A DNA stretch of 64,000 nucleotides from Sminthopsis crassicaudata (Eukaryota), in contig NC_133620.1 in the NCBI RefSeq assembly GCF_048593235.1, positions 476,254,865 through 476,318,864 on the forward strand. Reading direction: 5' to 3'. A program made the translations under genes and the position numbers. Shown one piece after another: positions 21,301-32,690 of this stretch. How positions within the stretch are numbered: the stretch's first letter is position 1; each line of letters opens with the position of its first letter. The notes beneath the pieces are model-generated. The model did no database searches and was not told where the DNA came from. It saw only the letters and a list, made by a program, of their open reading frames with translations.

Positions 21301-23288
21301 CAGAACGGGACCTGGGCCGTGTAGCCCAGCCCCTCCCCCACCCCGCGGAGGATCTGAACCCAGCCCCTCGGATTCCAAATTCAGCGGCCTCCGGTGGGAA
21401 GAACTCCCCAGAGGAGCCCAAGGCTCCCTGGAGCCAAGTCTGCCTTGACCCGAGGGAGATGGAGCGCTCGCTCCACGAGGGAGGGAGACCTGGACACGGG
21501 AGCCGAGGAGGCCGCCAAGGAAGCACGCAGCAAGCACTTATTAAGCACCTACGGTGTACCAGCCACCACTCTGGGCTCCGAGGGCACAAGGCTTGAGGAA
21601 CTCCCAGTGGAAAGGGGAGACAACAAGGTATCTATCAAGTCTCTAGGTAAAGGGAGAGGACAAAGCAGGTGTGAATGCGAGGCGGCGAGGGCGAGGAGTC
21701 AGGAAAGAATTCCTGCTGGAAGAGGTGGGCGGGGAGGGCGTTCCAGGCAGGAGGTACTGCCCGGGCATCTGCCTGGTGAGGAGAGAGGGGCAGCACGCGG
21801 CCGGCAGCGCGGCGGGGCTCTGCACGGGGCGGGGGGGGGGGGGGGGGAGGGTTCAGCACTGGACAGAGGCACTGAGGGGCCTGACGTGGGGACCTCGGCA
21901 ATCCGGAGAATCGCTGGCGGGGGAGGGGGGGAGTGTGTGAATGGGTGTGTGTGAGTGTGCGATGCTCTGTAGTGAGGAAAGATTGAGCCTGGGAAGTCAA
22001 TCAGATTGTTAATAATGGAGGAGGGCCGAGGTCCTTCCCGGGTACGCGGGTGGCTGTGAGGGAGCTGGAAGAGAACCCCAAATGTGGCAGCTGATTGGCC
22101 CCACCCAGCTCCCAGGCCACGCCTCCCCCTCCAGCCTTCCCCACCAGGAGAAATTGCTGCCCCGGGGCCCTGCTCCCCACAGTGGGGACCCCTCTCCGGA
22201 AACACTCGTTCTGGGTAAACCCCAGCTATGTTTTACCTCCCTCCTGACCCCCCAGACATCTCCTCCTCCTCCTTCTCCTGCTGCTCTGCCCCTCCTAGCT
22301 CATCCCTGTTAGGGATCGTGAAGCCAGATCAGATGTTCCATTGTTCCTGGATAGGGTGTGTCAATCCCCTCCCCCCATTCTATTTTTCTAGTCTCATTTT
22401 TATTCCCTCCCCTCATTTTACCATCTGGCTCCAGCAGCCTCCTCGCTGTTCCCCTGCACAACACCGGGTCCATGCATTGGTCCTGGCTTTGTCCCATGCC
22501 TGGAATATCTTCCCTCCTTCCTGACTTCCTACAAGACTTACTCAGACCCCACCCCCACCTCCCCCAGGGTTCTTTCCAAGTAGCGCTCAGCCTTCCAGAT
22601 TCTGGTGACAATTCTCACTTTCACACTATGGTTTGGCTTTCTAGCTGGAGTTCCAGCTTTTCCGTCTAGCTTTTTCGCTGCATTTTGTAGCTGCAAAGGG
22701 ATAAAGAGATAAACGAGGCTATATCCGTGTTAAAATTCACTTGTGCCAGAAAGGCACGAAGGAAGGAGGAAAAGAAAGGGAAGGGAAGGAGGGGGGGAAG
22801 AAGGAAAGGAGGAAAGAAGGAAGAGAGAAAANNNNNNNNNNNNNNNNNNNNNNNNNNNNNNNNNNNNNNNNNNNNNNNNNNNNNNNNNNNNNNNNNNNNN
22901 NNNNNNNNNNNNNNNNNNNNNNNNNNNNNNNNNNNNNNNNNNNNNNNNNNNNNNNNNNNNNNNNNNNNNNNNNNNNNNNNNNNNNNNNNNNNNNNNNNNN
23001 NNNNNNNNNNNNNNNNNNNNNNNNNNNNNNNNNNNNNNNNNNNNNNNNNNNNNNNNNNNNNNNNNNNNNNNNNNNNNNNNNNNNNNNNNNNNNNNNNNNN
23101 NNNNNNNNNNNNNNNNNNNNNNNNNNNNNNNNNNNNNNNNNNNNNNNNNNNNNNNNNNNNNNNNNNNNNNNNNNNNNNNNNNNNNNNNNNNNNNTGGCAG
23201 AACTAAGCTAAAATTAAGACCCCCTCGCGCTGTTTCAGGTCCAGGGCCTCTCCGGCCTCGTTCCCGGGGCCCCTCGGACGGCCCGAAG

Positions 23289-24347
23289 ATGTCCGGCCTC
23301 TCCCTCTGCTGGGTGCTGGCGCTGCTCTGGCCCCTGGACGCCGGCTCTCCCCCGCCGTGTCCCCGAGCCTGCCTCTGCCAGGAAGCGGCCCGGGCCGTGA
23401 ACTGCTCCGGGGCCAACCTGACCGGGCCGCTCTTCTTCTCCCCGGACACGGAGCGCCTGGACCTGTCCGGGGCGCAGCTGCTGGAAGTCCCGAGCTCCTC
23501 CCTGAGGGGGTTGTGGCGGTTGCAGGTGCTGCTCCTGGGGGACAACCGCATCGGGGGCGTGGGCGAGGGGGCCTTCGGAGGGCTGGAGAGCCTGCGCAGG
23601 CTGGAGCTGCAGCGCAACGGGCTGTCGGAGCTGGGCCGGGGCTTCTCGGCGGGCCTGGGCGCGCTGCGGGAGCTCAGCCTGGCCTCCAACGGGCTGCGGG
23701 CGCTCGGGCCGGGCGCCTTCCGCCACTGCGAGGACCTGCGCGGGCTGGGCCTGCAGAACAACGCCATCGCCGCCATCGCCCCCGGCACGTTCCGGGGCCT
23801 GACGCGCCTGCGGCAGCTGCGGCTGCAGAACAACCGGCTCCGGCGCCTCCAGGACGGCCTCTTCTCCACGCTGCAGCGCCTGGAGCTCCTGGACCTCGAG
23901 GGCAACCGCATCGAGAGCATCGCGCCCGGGGCCTTCGCGGCGCTCCAGAGCCTGACGCTCCTCAACCTGGCGCACAACGCCCTGGGCCGCCTGCGCTTCC
24001 GGACCTTCCTGTCCATCCGGACCCCGGGCACGCACGTGCTGCTGGCCCACAACCCCTGGGCGTGCGACTGTGACCTGCAGAGGGCCTTCGGCAAGCTGCG
24101 CCGCGTCCCCTGGCTCGTCGTGGACAACTACGCCAACGTGACCTGCCGGGAGCCCCCCGTGCTGCGGGGCCTGGCCCTGGGGGACTCGCAGCTCTGCGCC
24201 GCCGAGACCGTCACCGTGCTGGTGGTCACCTTCACCGTCTGCGTCACCGTGGTCGCCGCCATCGTCATGGCCGAGAGGAACAGGAAGCGCAGGACCGGCA
24301 GACACTGGAGCGACGACAGCCCGGCGGCCTGGGAGGCCCCGGAGTGA
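23289..24347 (+). CDS. Uncharacterised LRR type-I transmembrane protein, 352 aa, single coding exon
   Basis: Signal peptide MSGLSLCWVLALLWPLDAG; LRRNT (CPRACLC...VNC); eight ~24-aa typical LRRs (LxxLxLxxNxLxxL); LRRCT (NPWACDC...VTC...QLC); TM helix VTVLVVTFTVCVTVVAAIVMA; basic stop-transfer RNRKRR; ~24-aa tail. A at -3 of the ATG. Acceptor TGTTTCAG at 23231-23238. No stops or frameshifts. Confidence 0.93.
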   Translation: MSGLSLCWVLALLWPLDAGSPPPCPRACLCQEAARAVNCSGANLTGPLFFSPDTERLDLSGAQLLEVPSSSLRGLWRLQVLLLGDNRIGGVGEGAFGGLESLRRLELQRNGLSELGRGFSAGLGALRELSLASNGLRALGPGAFRHCEDLRGLGLQNNAIAAIAPGTFRGLTRLRQLRLQNNRLRRLQDGLFSTLQRLELLDLEGNRIESIAPGAFAALQSLTLLNLAHNALGRLRFRTFLSIRTPGTHVLLAHNPWACDCDLQRAFGKLRRVPWLVVDNYANVTCREPPVLRGLALGDSQLCAAETVTVLVVTFTVCVTVVAAIVMAERNRKRRTGRHWSDDSPAAWEAPE

Positions 24348-24464
24348 ACGGCCCGGCTCCCCGCCCCCCCCCCCCCCCAGCCTCCTGGAGCTTCTGCGGG
24401 AGACTGAGGTCACACGGGGCGTTCCCAGCCCCCCATCTCCCCCCCAGCTTCCAGCAGAGCCTTC

Positions 24465-24600
24465 TATGCTCATTTTACAGAGGGAGAAACTGAGGCAAAC
24501 AGGGACGTGGCTCACTCAGGAGTGAGTTTCTGAGGCCAGATTTGATGTCAGGAAGACTAGTCTTCCTCCCGCTCCAGACCGGGGGCTCCGGGACACTGCA
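24465..24600 (-). mobile_element. MIR/MAR-type CORE-SINE in the LRR gene 3' region
   Basis: CTCATTTTACAGAGGGAGAAACTGAGGC is the reverse CORE, followed by reverse SINE head-like sequence. Confidence 0.7.
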
Positions 24601-24621
24601 CCGGCCGGCATAGCTAATGAT

Positions 24622-24627
24622 AATAAA
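24622..24627 (+). terminator. Candidate poly(A) signal of the LRR-TM gene
   Basis: First AATAAA after the stop, about 275 nt downstream. Confidence 0.5.
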
Positions 24628-25889
24628 TAGTGACCCAGCCCCGGCCAGCAGGAGGCGCCCCTCGGCCTCCGCAGAACCCGGGGACACCACAGGCATCTTC
24701 CCTGGAGAGCCCCAGGAGCTGCGGTCCAGCAGGCACCAAGGGGGGATGCTCCGGGTGCGTCCTGTGTGAATGAGGGCTCCCAGGCTCGCTCGGCCCCGGG
24801 CACACACAAACAAGGAAAGGGCTCGGGCCCCATCCCCTCACCCACCCCCGGAGCGGGACCCGAGTTCAGGGCTCCCACCACTCCCTCCGCAGCACCTCCA
24901 GGGGGGGCCGTGTAATTGCTTCTTGAATGTTCCAGGGATGGGGATCTCAGTCCCGGTAAACAGCCCACTTCTTTGTCCCACCAGTGTGATGATTAAAAGT
25001 CTTCCTTGAATTCAGCCCAAATCTGCCTTCCTGTCATGTTCACCCGCTGAACTCTGTCTGAATCCGGAGCTGCTGCCGGCAGCACAGCCCCTCTCCCCAT
25101 GAAGACCCTTCCCATATTTAGACTTTTCCTCATTGCCTTTCTCTCCCTGGCTCCTTATTGCAGCACACAGTAGGAGCTTCATAAATGCTTGTTGTCTGAT
25201 TTATACGTGTGCGTACACACACACACACACTCACACACACTCACACTCACAGATACACTCCCTATTCCAGGAGCTTCAAAAGATCACGAGAGGAGAGACT
25301 GGAGGAATGGTGTCTTTATGGGGCGAGAGCACAGCATCCATCATCAGCCCCCCCCCCAGCCTTTCACCCCCTTACAAAACCCCAAAAAGCTGAGAACACG
25401 CCTGTGTCCATTTTCCCATCAATCCTTGCAGCTGTGACTCTGCAAAATGGCCCCATTGGAAGCAAGCTGCCAGATGAGGCGGGGTCACCTGGGGTGGGCG
25501 GGGTGCGGAGCAGAGCCTGCCCCGTGGGGGACCACAGGAGAGCATCTCACAGTTGAGACTGAAAGCTAGTTTCTAAGGAGAAATGGCGGCGCCTCCTCCT
25601 GCCAGGTGGGAAACTACTGAAGCGTGAGGAGTTCCGGGGAGTCAGCAACGGGCGGGGTCGTCTGCCCCCAACTCTGCCTTAGTCCCCCCCACTCTGGGTA
25701 GTGATGGATGTTCAGGCTTCGATGGGGAGTGAAATTGTAAGCAAATTGGGGGTTTCTTCCGGTGGTTGTTTTTTGTTGGTTCTGCTTTTTTCAAGAGCTA
25801 GACTCGATATTTCCATAAAAGCAGGAAGCCAGGGGCTAACGGGGTCACTTCATTCTACAGCCCAGGGAAGAGTCTTGCCCAGTCACACA

Positions 25890-25983
25890 GCACAGCATGA
25901 GGAGAGGGGGGCCGCACTCTGACCTCTGTGGGGGGGGGCACAGCGTGAGGAGAGGGGGGCCGCACTCTGACCACTGTGGGGGG
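25890..25983. repeat. 48-bp direct duplication (2 copies)
   Basis: GCACAGC(A/G)TGAGGAGAGGGGGGCCGCACTCTGACC(T/A)CTGTGGGGGG at ~25890 and ~25938. Confidence 0.9.
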
Positions 25984-26109
25984 ATGTTCTACATAATGCA
26001 CTGCCCATCTCCCCACCTTGTCCCAGCTGCTCTCACCACCCAAAAAATGCTGAGTTATCTCCAGCCAAGTAACTCACCCCAAAGGAATGGTTGTCGAATG
26101 AATAAGGGG

Positions 26110-26170
26110 ATGAATGAATGAATGAATGAATGAATGAATGAGTAAATGAATGAAAGAGTGAGTGAATGAA
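26110..26170. repeat. (TGAA)n simple repeat
   Basis: Seen directly. Confidence 0.9.
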
Positions 26171-27014
26171 TATAGGACTGGGGATTCTTACTTCCAGCAC
26201 TGCGGGAGTTTATAAGGCATGTTTCTGTTGGATCTGCTTTGGTTCTATTAGTCACAGTTTGTATTTTTCAGCTGACTACTAATTTCTTATTATGGAAAAA
26301 TCCACTCTGACATGAACATCCAACAAGCATTGATTAAGCACTTCCTGTATGCAAGATCCTGAGCTCTGGGCTGAAGCTACCAAGCTGAACGTGGCTCCAG
26401 AGCTCACGTTCCCCGGGGACAGGGAATCCCAAACATCCCCATTCTTGTTCTGATCTGAGGAATCACGTGCTGAGATTCTCTACTTGCTCTGGTTTCCCTT
26501 TCTGGCTAAAGCAAGCTGAGGACCATGGGGAGGTGGCCCCCCAGAACAACAATCTATATTTTAAAATAAAATAAAGATGGAGGCTTAGAGGGAGCGATGG
26601 CAACCTTGGTGGTCTTCAGGAACACTCCACTGGGTCAGTGCGTCCAGGCCCCCGCGCCCCTGGGAGGCTCGAGCGGCTTGCCTTTTCTTGGTACTCACAA
26701 AAGGAAGGAGATCTTTTCTGCAGGTTCTAGTTGGCAATTGGGCAGGGATCTGATGGCACAGTGGGCAGAGCCTAGGTCCTCTACGGGCAGGGATTACAAA
26801 GAAATGCTTCGAGGAGAATGAAGGAGACTCTTGGTCCTGGCAGAAGCTCTCCTGTTTCTAATCACAAAGCGCATCAAACTTCCTACTAAGTAAGCTACCT
26901 AGGGGGCTGGCCAGCTGGGGTCCTACCAGACCACAAGCTCTGCTTTGCTGCTTTGCTTAAAATGTCAACGGGGTCTTTGCTCGATCTCCGTGACAATGGA
27001 ACTTCTCAGGGGTT

Positions 27015-27155
27015 TCACTCGTGTTCGAAAAACTCATGGCACGCAGAGGTGATCACGGCGACGAAAGCCACGAACTCCTGGAAGTCGCACTCGGCGTCCC
27101 CGTCCGTGTCCAGGGTCTCCATGACTTTATCCACCGTCTCCTGCTCCTTGATCTC
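27015..27155 (-). CDS. S100B: S100B second coding exon
   Basis: Acceptor TTTCCCTCAG (minus strand), 141 nt, ends in TGA. Confidence 0.97.
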   Translation of the reverse strand, partial: EIKEQETVDKVMETLDTDGDAECDFQEFVAFVAVITSACHEFFEHE

Positions 27156-29661
27156 CTGAGGGAAACAAGGTTAGCAAAAGCGGAGATCAGCCCCGGTCAT
27201 ACTTCCCTCACAGAGGGGGCTGCTCGAGTCAGGGATCCCCAGATCCAAGCCCGGCTCTGCTGCCTTCCACTCCGTCTCTGGATCTGTTTCCTCCTCTGGG
27301 AAATGAGAGCAGATGCCCTCAGATGTCCCTTCCAGCTTCAGGTGAATGACCCTAGAGCTTCTCGGTTTTCTCCTCAGTACAATGAGTGGGTTGGAACAAC
27401 CGGCCTCTGAAGTCCTTTTAGCTCCAGCCCTGACCTGGCAGCCAGGGCACACCCGCCACGGGGCCAGACGTCGGGTCTTTACCACTTGTCATCAAGCAGG
27501 ACTCCGGTCAGTGACCCCATAAACTCCCCATCTAACATGGGGAGTTCGCCTTCCTCTGGGGTTTTTAAAGCTCTTTTGGGAGTCTCCGGGCCCCCTCCAG
27601 GTTTTCCTTCTCCCTCATCCCCTCCTCACTCACCTTCTCCTATGGTCGCACACTCCCAAACGAGGCTCTGTGACTGAGTGGACAGAGGGCTAGCCTCAAA
27701 CCTCACTCCAAGCCCTGCCTCTGAGCCCAGGTGGAGCCCACCTGCCCCAGAGAGCGCAGCCCAACCCCTGGGGGCTCCCTGCCAGCCGGAGTCACGGGCC
27801 CAGACTAGGTTCCCGAGAGCCTGCACTGATGGATGCCCCCCCAGCCGACACGAACCCAGCCCCCCGCTCCCAGGAGGCCCTGGGAGAGCACCCCAGCCTG
27901 GCACTGGCCGGCCCCTCCTCCTGGCCAAACACTTCCATCCCCAGCTGCCAGATGGAAGGACTCTCTCCCCATCTGATCTCCCAAGTGCATCGTGTCTCTT
28001 CATTTATGATCGGCAGCTGGTGGCAGAGGGCACTGAAGGCTGGGTCAAGTCCTGCCTTTGACATCAACTTAGCTGTGTCACCTTGGGCAAGCCATCTGCC
28101 CTCTCTCATTTCCCCATCTGTAAAATGGGGTAACAGCACCCGTTTCACGGGGACACTAAAAATCAAATGGGATTGTGTTAGTGAAGCCCTTGAGAATCTA
28201 AAAGTCCTAGAGATATTATTCTGTCTGTACCTCTCTGTTATTATTCTGTCTGTCTACACCTCTTCATCCCACTAGACTATAGGGAGCTCCTTCATCCTCC
28301 TGGACCAGTGAGAGATGGAGCTAGTGTGGGCCCGGTGGAGCAGATGATCCGGAACAGGCCGGAGCCCCCAACCTCCTGAACCCGGGGCCAGCTCCCCGTC
28401 ACTCTATTGTTTTCCAAATAAATGGGAAGAGTCCTCCCCTTCTCCTGAGACTGTCCCCTGCACTTCCATTCTGGTCCAGAAAACCCGAGTCTGCTGCGGG
28501 GAGGAAGGGGGGGACACAGCCATCGCAGACTAGACAGCTGACCTCAGTGGGCACCGAATGCCCGACCATTTGAGGCCTGGGTGTGCAAATAAGAAAGAGA
28601 AAAGCAGCCCCCGTGCTCAGCGAGCTTGTGCTGCTGGGAGGAAGGACGCCTAAAGTCTTTCTACCTGCCTGAGTATACTGGGAAGAAGCTGGAACTTCAG
28701 GGCCCTGATGACTCCCAGGAGTACTTGCTGTAGTTTCCCTCTGCAGCCCACCTAGTGGAGGAGGAAGCCCCCCCCCCAGCTTCGTGGGGTGCTCCAGCAG
28801 GCTTCCCCACTGCGTCAACTTCTCTGGTGAACGTGTGCAAAGCTCCTCGCCTCCGTAGCTTAGTCCGTTCTCCGTTCCCCGGAGGCAAGCCCTGGCACTG
28901 CCCAGGAGACCCCTAAGGTTCCAGCTGAATACAGGCCCATCTGCTCCAGCCCCAGGAAGAGCCCCTCCCCTCAGTCACGGGTCTCTCTGAAGAGCCAGGC
29001 ATGGGGGGGGGGAGCACTTGTCTCCTCCTGAGCTGGTGAGGGTGGCTGAGGACGGCTGATACTATGCCAGGGGTGCGGTGGGCATAACCAGGTGCGTCCC
29101 GGGCAGCAGAACACGGGCCTGAAAGGCTCACAGGGCCCGTGACAAAGGGCACGGAGCCCCATCCCTCCCCCGGTCCCTCCAAGTTCTGAGGCTCTCACAG
29201 TTCGGTTTGGGTTTCTTTCTGGATTTCCTTTGGAGAGCTGGGCTTAGCAGCACAAGCTAGCTTTGGGAGAGCACGTCACCTCCAGAGCCTCAGCTTCCTC
29301 ATCAGGAAAATGGGCTCAAGAATAGAACTGGGGATAGAGTGCTTCAAAACCCTCAGAGATTTCTATTCATGTCAGGCACTCCATTCCTGAACAGCTACAG
29401 GAGCGCCAGTTCCCACCATCACCAGCCCCATCTTCCCCCGCAAGTGCAGAAGGCCACGGAGCCGCGTGCAGCCCATCCCGGTGGTTCTGGGAGGGTCCGA
29501 AGGGCCCGGGAGGTAACACTCACCCCTAAGAAGTGGGAGAGTTCATTGTTGATGAGCTCTTTCAGCTCTGACTTCTTCAGCTTGTGTTTGTCCCCCTCCT
29601 TCCCAGAGTACTGGTGGAAGGTCTCGATGATGGCCATCATGGCTTTCTCCAGCTCCGACAT
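27015..29661 (-). CDS. S100B: Protein S100-B, 92 aa, two coding exons
   Basis: Exons 29661-29524 and 27155-27015 give [46 protein letters not shown]|[46 protein letters not shown]. The intron is GT-AG. The sequence has a pseudo-EF hand, a canonical EF hand and the diagnostic CHEFFEHE end. Confidence 0.98.
29524..29661 (-). CDS. S100B: S100B first coding exon
   Basis: Acceptor CTTGTGTCCAG 18 nt before GCCATG, donor GTGAGT, 138 coding nt. Confidence 0.97.
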
Positions 29662-30394
29662 GGCGAAGATCAGATGCTCCTGGACACAAGGGGAGGAGAA
29701 AATGGCCCGCCCGGTCACAGACGTCCTTCCTCAGCTGCTCCTCTCCCGGTCCTAATCCCTGGGTGGGACAATGACCGCAATGACTGTGACCACCCCTGGG
29801 GGCAACGTGGCCGGTGGCGACCTCCTCGGACCCTTACAGAGAAGCCAGGTCCACCTGGGGGGGGGGGGGTTTGCTCATAAACCCGTGGGAGATTCCAGCG
29901 TTCGGGCCACCTCTAGAACTCAGAACTTCCTCTGGCCCCAAACCTTCCCAACATGCCCCAGGGGGGTACAGAGAGAAGGAACGGCCCCACCCGGGACTTC
30001 TCACTTCACCAGGATCCGGCCAATGAACAAAGCTCCACGGAAAAGGGGAAAAGAAAGAAAAGAAAAAGGGAGAATGTCCCAGGCCCAAAAGGAGGGGAGT
30101 CCAAGTCCCGCCTGTGGGTTCCAGAGAGGCGCTGTTTTTCCTGGTTCAAATTGTCTTCCTCTGAGGAGGGAGGGGGCAGGGAGAGCCGGTCAGAGCGGAA
30201 GGTTTTGCAAGGGGGAACGCCGGGCACTGTCTTGGCATGGATTTGGAAAAATAAAATGCTACTGAAAACCCACCACAGGGACCCGTGCTCAGCGAAGCCC
30301 CAAGGAAGTGAGCCGCCCACAGGGGGAGGCTTCCCCGTGGGCCTCCACTGCAGTCAGCCTCAGCCCCTCATTAGCAGAGGGGACCAGCCAGAGC

Positions 30395-30570
30395 CTCATC
30401 CCCGCCCAGCCCAGAGCCCAGTCCTGCCCTGCCCAGCCTGGCCCCGCTCTGCCAGAGCCCCGTCCTGCCCAGAGCCCAGTCCTGCCCTGCCCTCCCCTGT
30501 CCTGCCCTGCCCAGCCTGGCCCCGCTCTGCCAGAGCCCCGTCCTGCCCAGCCTGGCACAGCCCAGTCCCG
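30395..30570. repeat. C-rich degenerate repeat in S100B intron 1
   Basis: 52-nt block GTCCTGCCCTGCCCAGCCTGGCCCCGCTCTGCCAGAGCCCCGTCCTGCCCAG at 30421 and 30499, embedded in CCTGC/CCCAG pentamers. Confidence 0.85.
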
Positions 30571-31441
30571 TTGCCCCGCCCACTTTTTGTGCCAGCACAC
30601 ATCCCTCTTCAGGCCCAACTGAACCGACCCCCGGGACCCCCCTCCAGACCATTTTCCGAGTCTCGCTGGACCCCAAGGGCAAGCCTAGACTAGGGGCTGC
30701 CACCCAACCCCGCCCCCTTTTCTCTAGCAAACACCCCCGCCGGCTGAAAGGGGCCCCGCCCCGGGCGTGGGGGCAGAAAGGACCCCCGTGATTTCGATCT
30801 TTCTTCCTGAAGCTGCGTCGGGCCCTTCCCCCCTCTCCGCCTCCTCCGGGACCTCCAGCCACGGGAGGAAAAGGGAGGCCGGTGGGAGCCTCCCCTGTGG
30901 CCCAGAGGCCGGACTTCCCCGGGGTGACAGGGGGGGGCGCCCCGCCCGCTCTGCAGCCCTGAGCTGCGGCGCCCGCACTGCGGAGGCTCCTGGGAGGATC
31001 CCGGGGCGAGGCGCGAGCCCGGCCGGCCGGGGTCGGGCTGGGGCAGAGGCGGCCGCCGGGACCCGAGAAAAGGGAGCGCGGAGCCGGCCTGGATCACGGC
31101 CAAGTCCGCCCGAGGGCTGACCGGGGCCGGGTTTCCTCCTCCTCCATCAGACGGGGAGAGCCTGGATCGGGCCCCCGAGCCCCGTCCCGCACCAAAGCAC
31201 CTTTCGGGGCGTCCCTGGCTTCCGGCTCGGCCCGGAGCCCTGAAACCCGGCGCTCCATTCCCCTCGGCGCCCGAGCGAGCGACAAAGGGCTCCTGCGGCA
31301 GGGCCCCAAAGCCGGCCAAGCGCCCGGGCCGGCTCCGCCGCGGGTGGGGGAGAGGGAGCGGCCGGAGCCGCCTCCCAACCCCGCGGCAAGAAAAGGAGTC
31401 CCGGCCCGGACAGCTCCGCGTCCCGCGCCTCCCGCACTCAC

Positions 31442-31610
31442 CTCCGCGCGCCGCCGACTCTCGCGGCCGCCCGCCGCTCCCGGCTTCTTATTCCCGGCCT
31501 CGGGGTGGAGGGGGCTCGGACACCGAGGAGCGCGCCCGAGCCAGCCAATCACGGCCCGAACGGGAGGCCGCCCCCGGCTCCCGGCCGCACACAAGAGAGC
31601 ATTGACAGAG
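31442..31610 (-). promoter_or_regulatory. S100B: S100B core promoter and short non-coding exon 1 in a CpG island
   Basis: Minus strand reads GGGAATAAGA (31495-31486, TATA-like AATAA), then a short exon ending at donor GAG|GTGAGT (last exon base 31442). CCAAT at 31543-31547. CpG-dense from about 30690 to 31790. Confidence 0.7.
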
Positions 31611-32255
31611 GTGGGGGAGGGGGCCGCTGGGCGGCCGCGGGACTCCAGACGAGCCACCGCCCGGGGAGAAAGACAGAGGCGCTGGGATCCGCCGCGGGGC
31701 GGGCGCTGGGGGGCGCGGTGTACTCCCCCGGACTACTGAGAGGCAGGACCCTGGCGAAGAAGGGCCCAAGAGAGGGAGAGAGGGGGAAGGAGGNNNNNNN
31801 NNNNNNNNNNNNNNNNNNNNNNNNNNNNNNNNNNNNNNNNNNNNNNNNNNNNNNNNNNNNNNNNNNNNNNNNNNNNNNNNNNNNNNNNNNNNNNNNNNNN
31901 NNNNNNNNNNNNNNNNNNNNNNNNNNNNNNNNNNNNNNNNNNNNNNNNNNNNNNNNNNNNNNNNNNNNNNNNNNNNNNNNNNNNNNNNNNNNNNNNNNNN
32001 NNNNNNNNNNNNNNNNNNNNNNNNNNNNNNNNNNNNNNNNNNNNNNNNNNNNNNNNNNNNNNNNNNNNNNNNNNNNNNNNNNNNNNNNNNNNNNNNNNNN
32101 NNNNNNNNNNNNNNNNNNNNNNNNNNNNNNNNNNNNNNNNNNNNNNNNNNNNNNNNNNNNNNNNNNNNNNNNNNNNNNNNNNNNNNNNNNNNNNNNNNNN
32201 NNNNNNNNNNNNNNNNNNNNNNNNNNNNNNNNNNNNNNNNNNNNNNNNNNAGGCT

Positions 32256-32690
32256 TGTGATGAGACAAGGAGCGGGTGAAGTAAAAGAATTTACTAAATT
32301 ATAAGTAAAATTAGAAGTTTAAGTTTATTAGAAATCATCAAGAGATCTCAAATGGCTCAGAATTCTTGGATGGAATTAGAGTTCTGTCCCTTCTGCTCAT
32401 CAGCCCATTCTTCCCACCCTCGGATATAGGATTTGAGACTGTACGGAGCTGTAGGGTTTGAATAGGCTTCAGTAAGGCTATAGAAAGTTTGATTAGTGGT
32501 AGTTTAAATTGTATAGAGCTTAAGTGGAGGTACTTAAGGTGAATTCAGTTCTATTGATAGTTAAGTAGGAGTACTTAACTACTTAGCTTTAGTTCAGCTC
32601 TATAGAAAGCTTGGGTGGTGTCTGCTGAACTCTATAGAAAGGTAAATTAGTGATACTTAACAGAGGTGGGGTTGGGTTGGCTTCTAGGTC
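32256..32690 (-). mobile_element. Candidate solo LTR
   Basis: AT-rich block between N-gaps. Minus strand has AATAAA about 65 nt before a ...TCATCACA end. No TSD can be verified because the flank runs into a gap. Confidence 0.35.

Noticed and set aside
22730-24515. Long minus-strand ORFs (465 aa and 426 aa) and the 238-aa shifted ORF over the LRR gene
   Set aside because: Shadow frames of a GC3-rich CDS, partly inflated by the N-gap.
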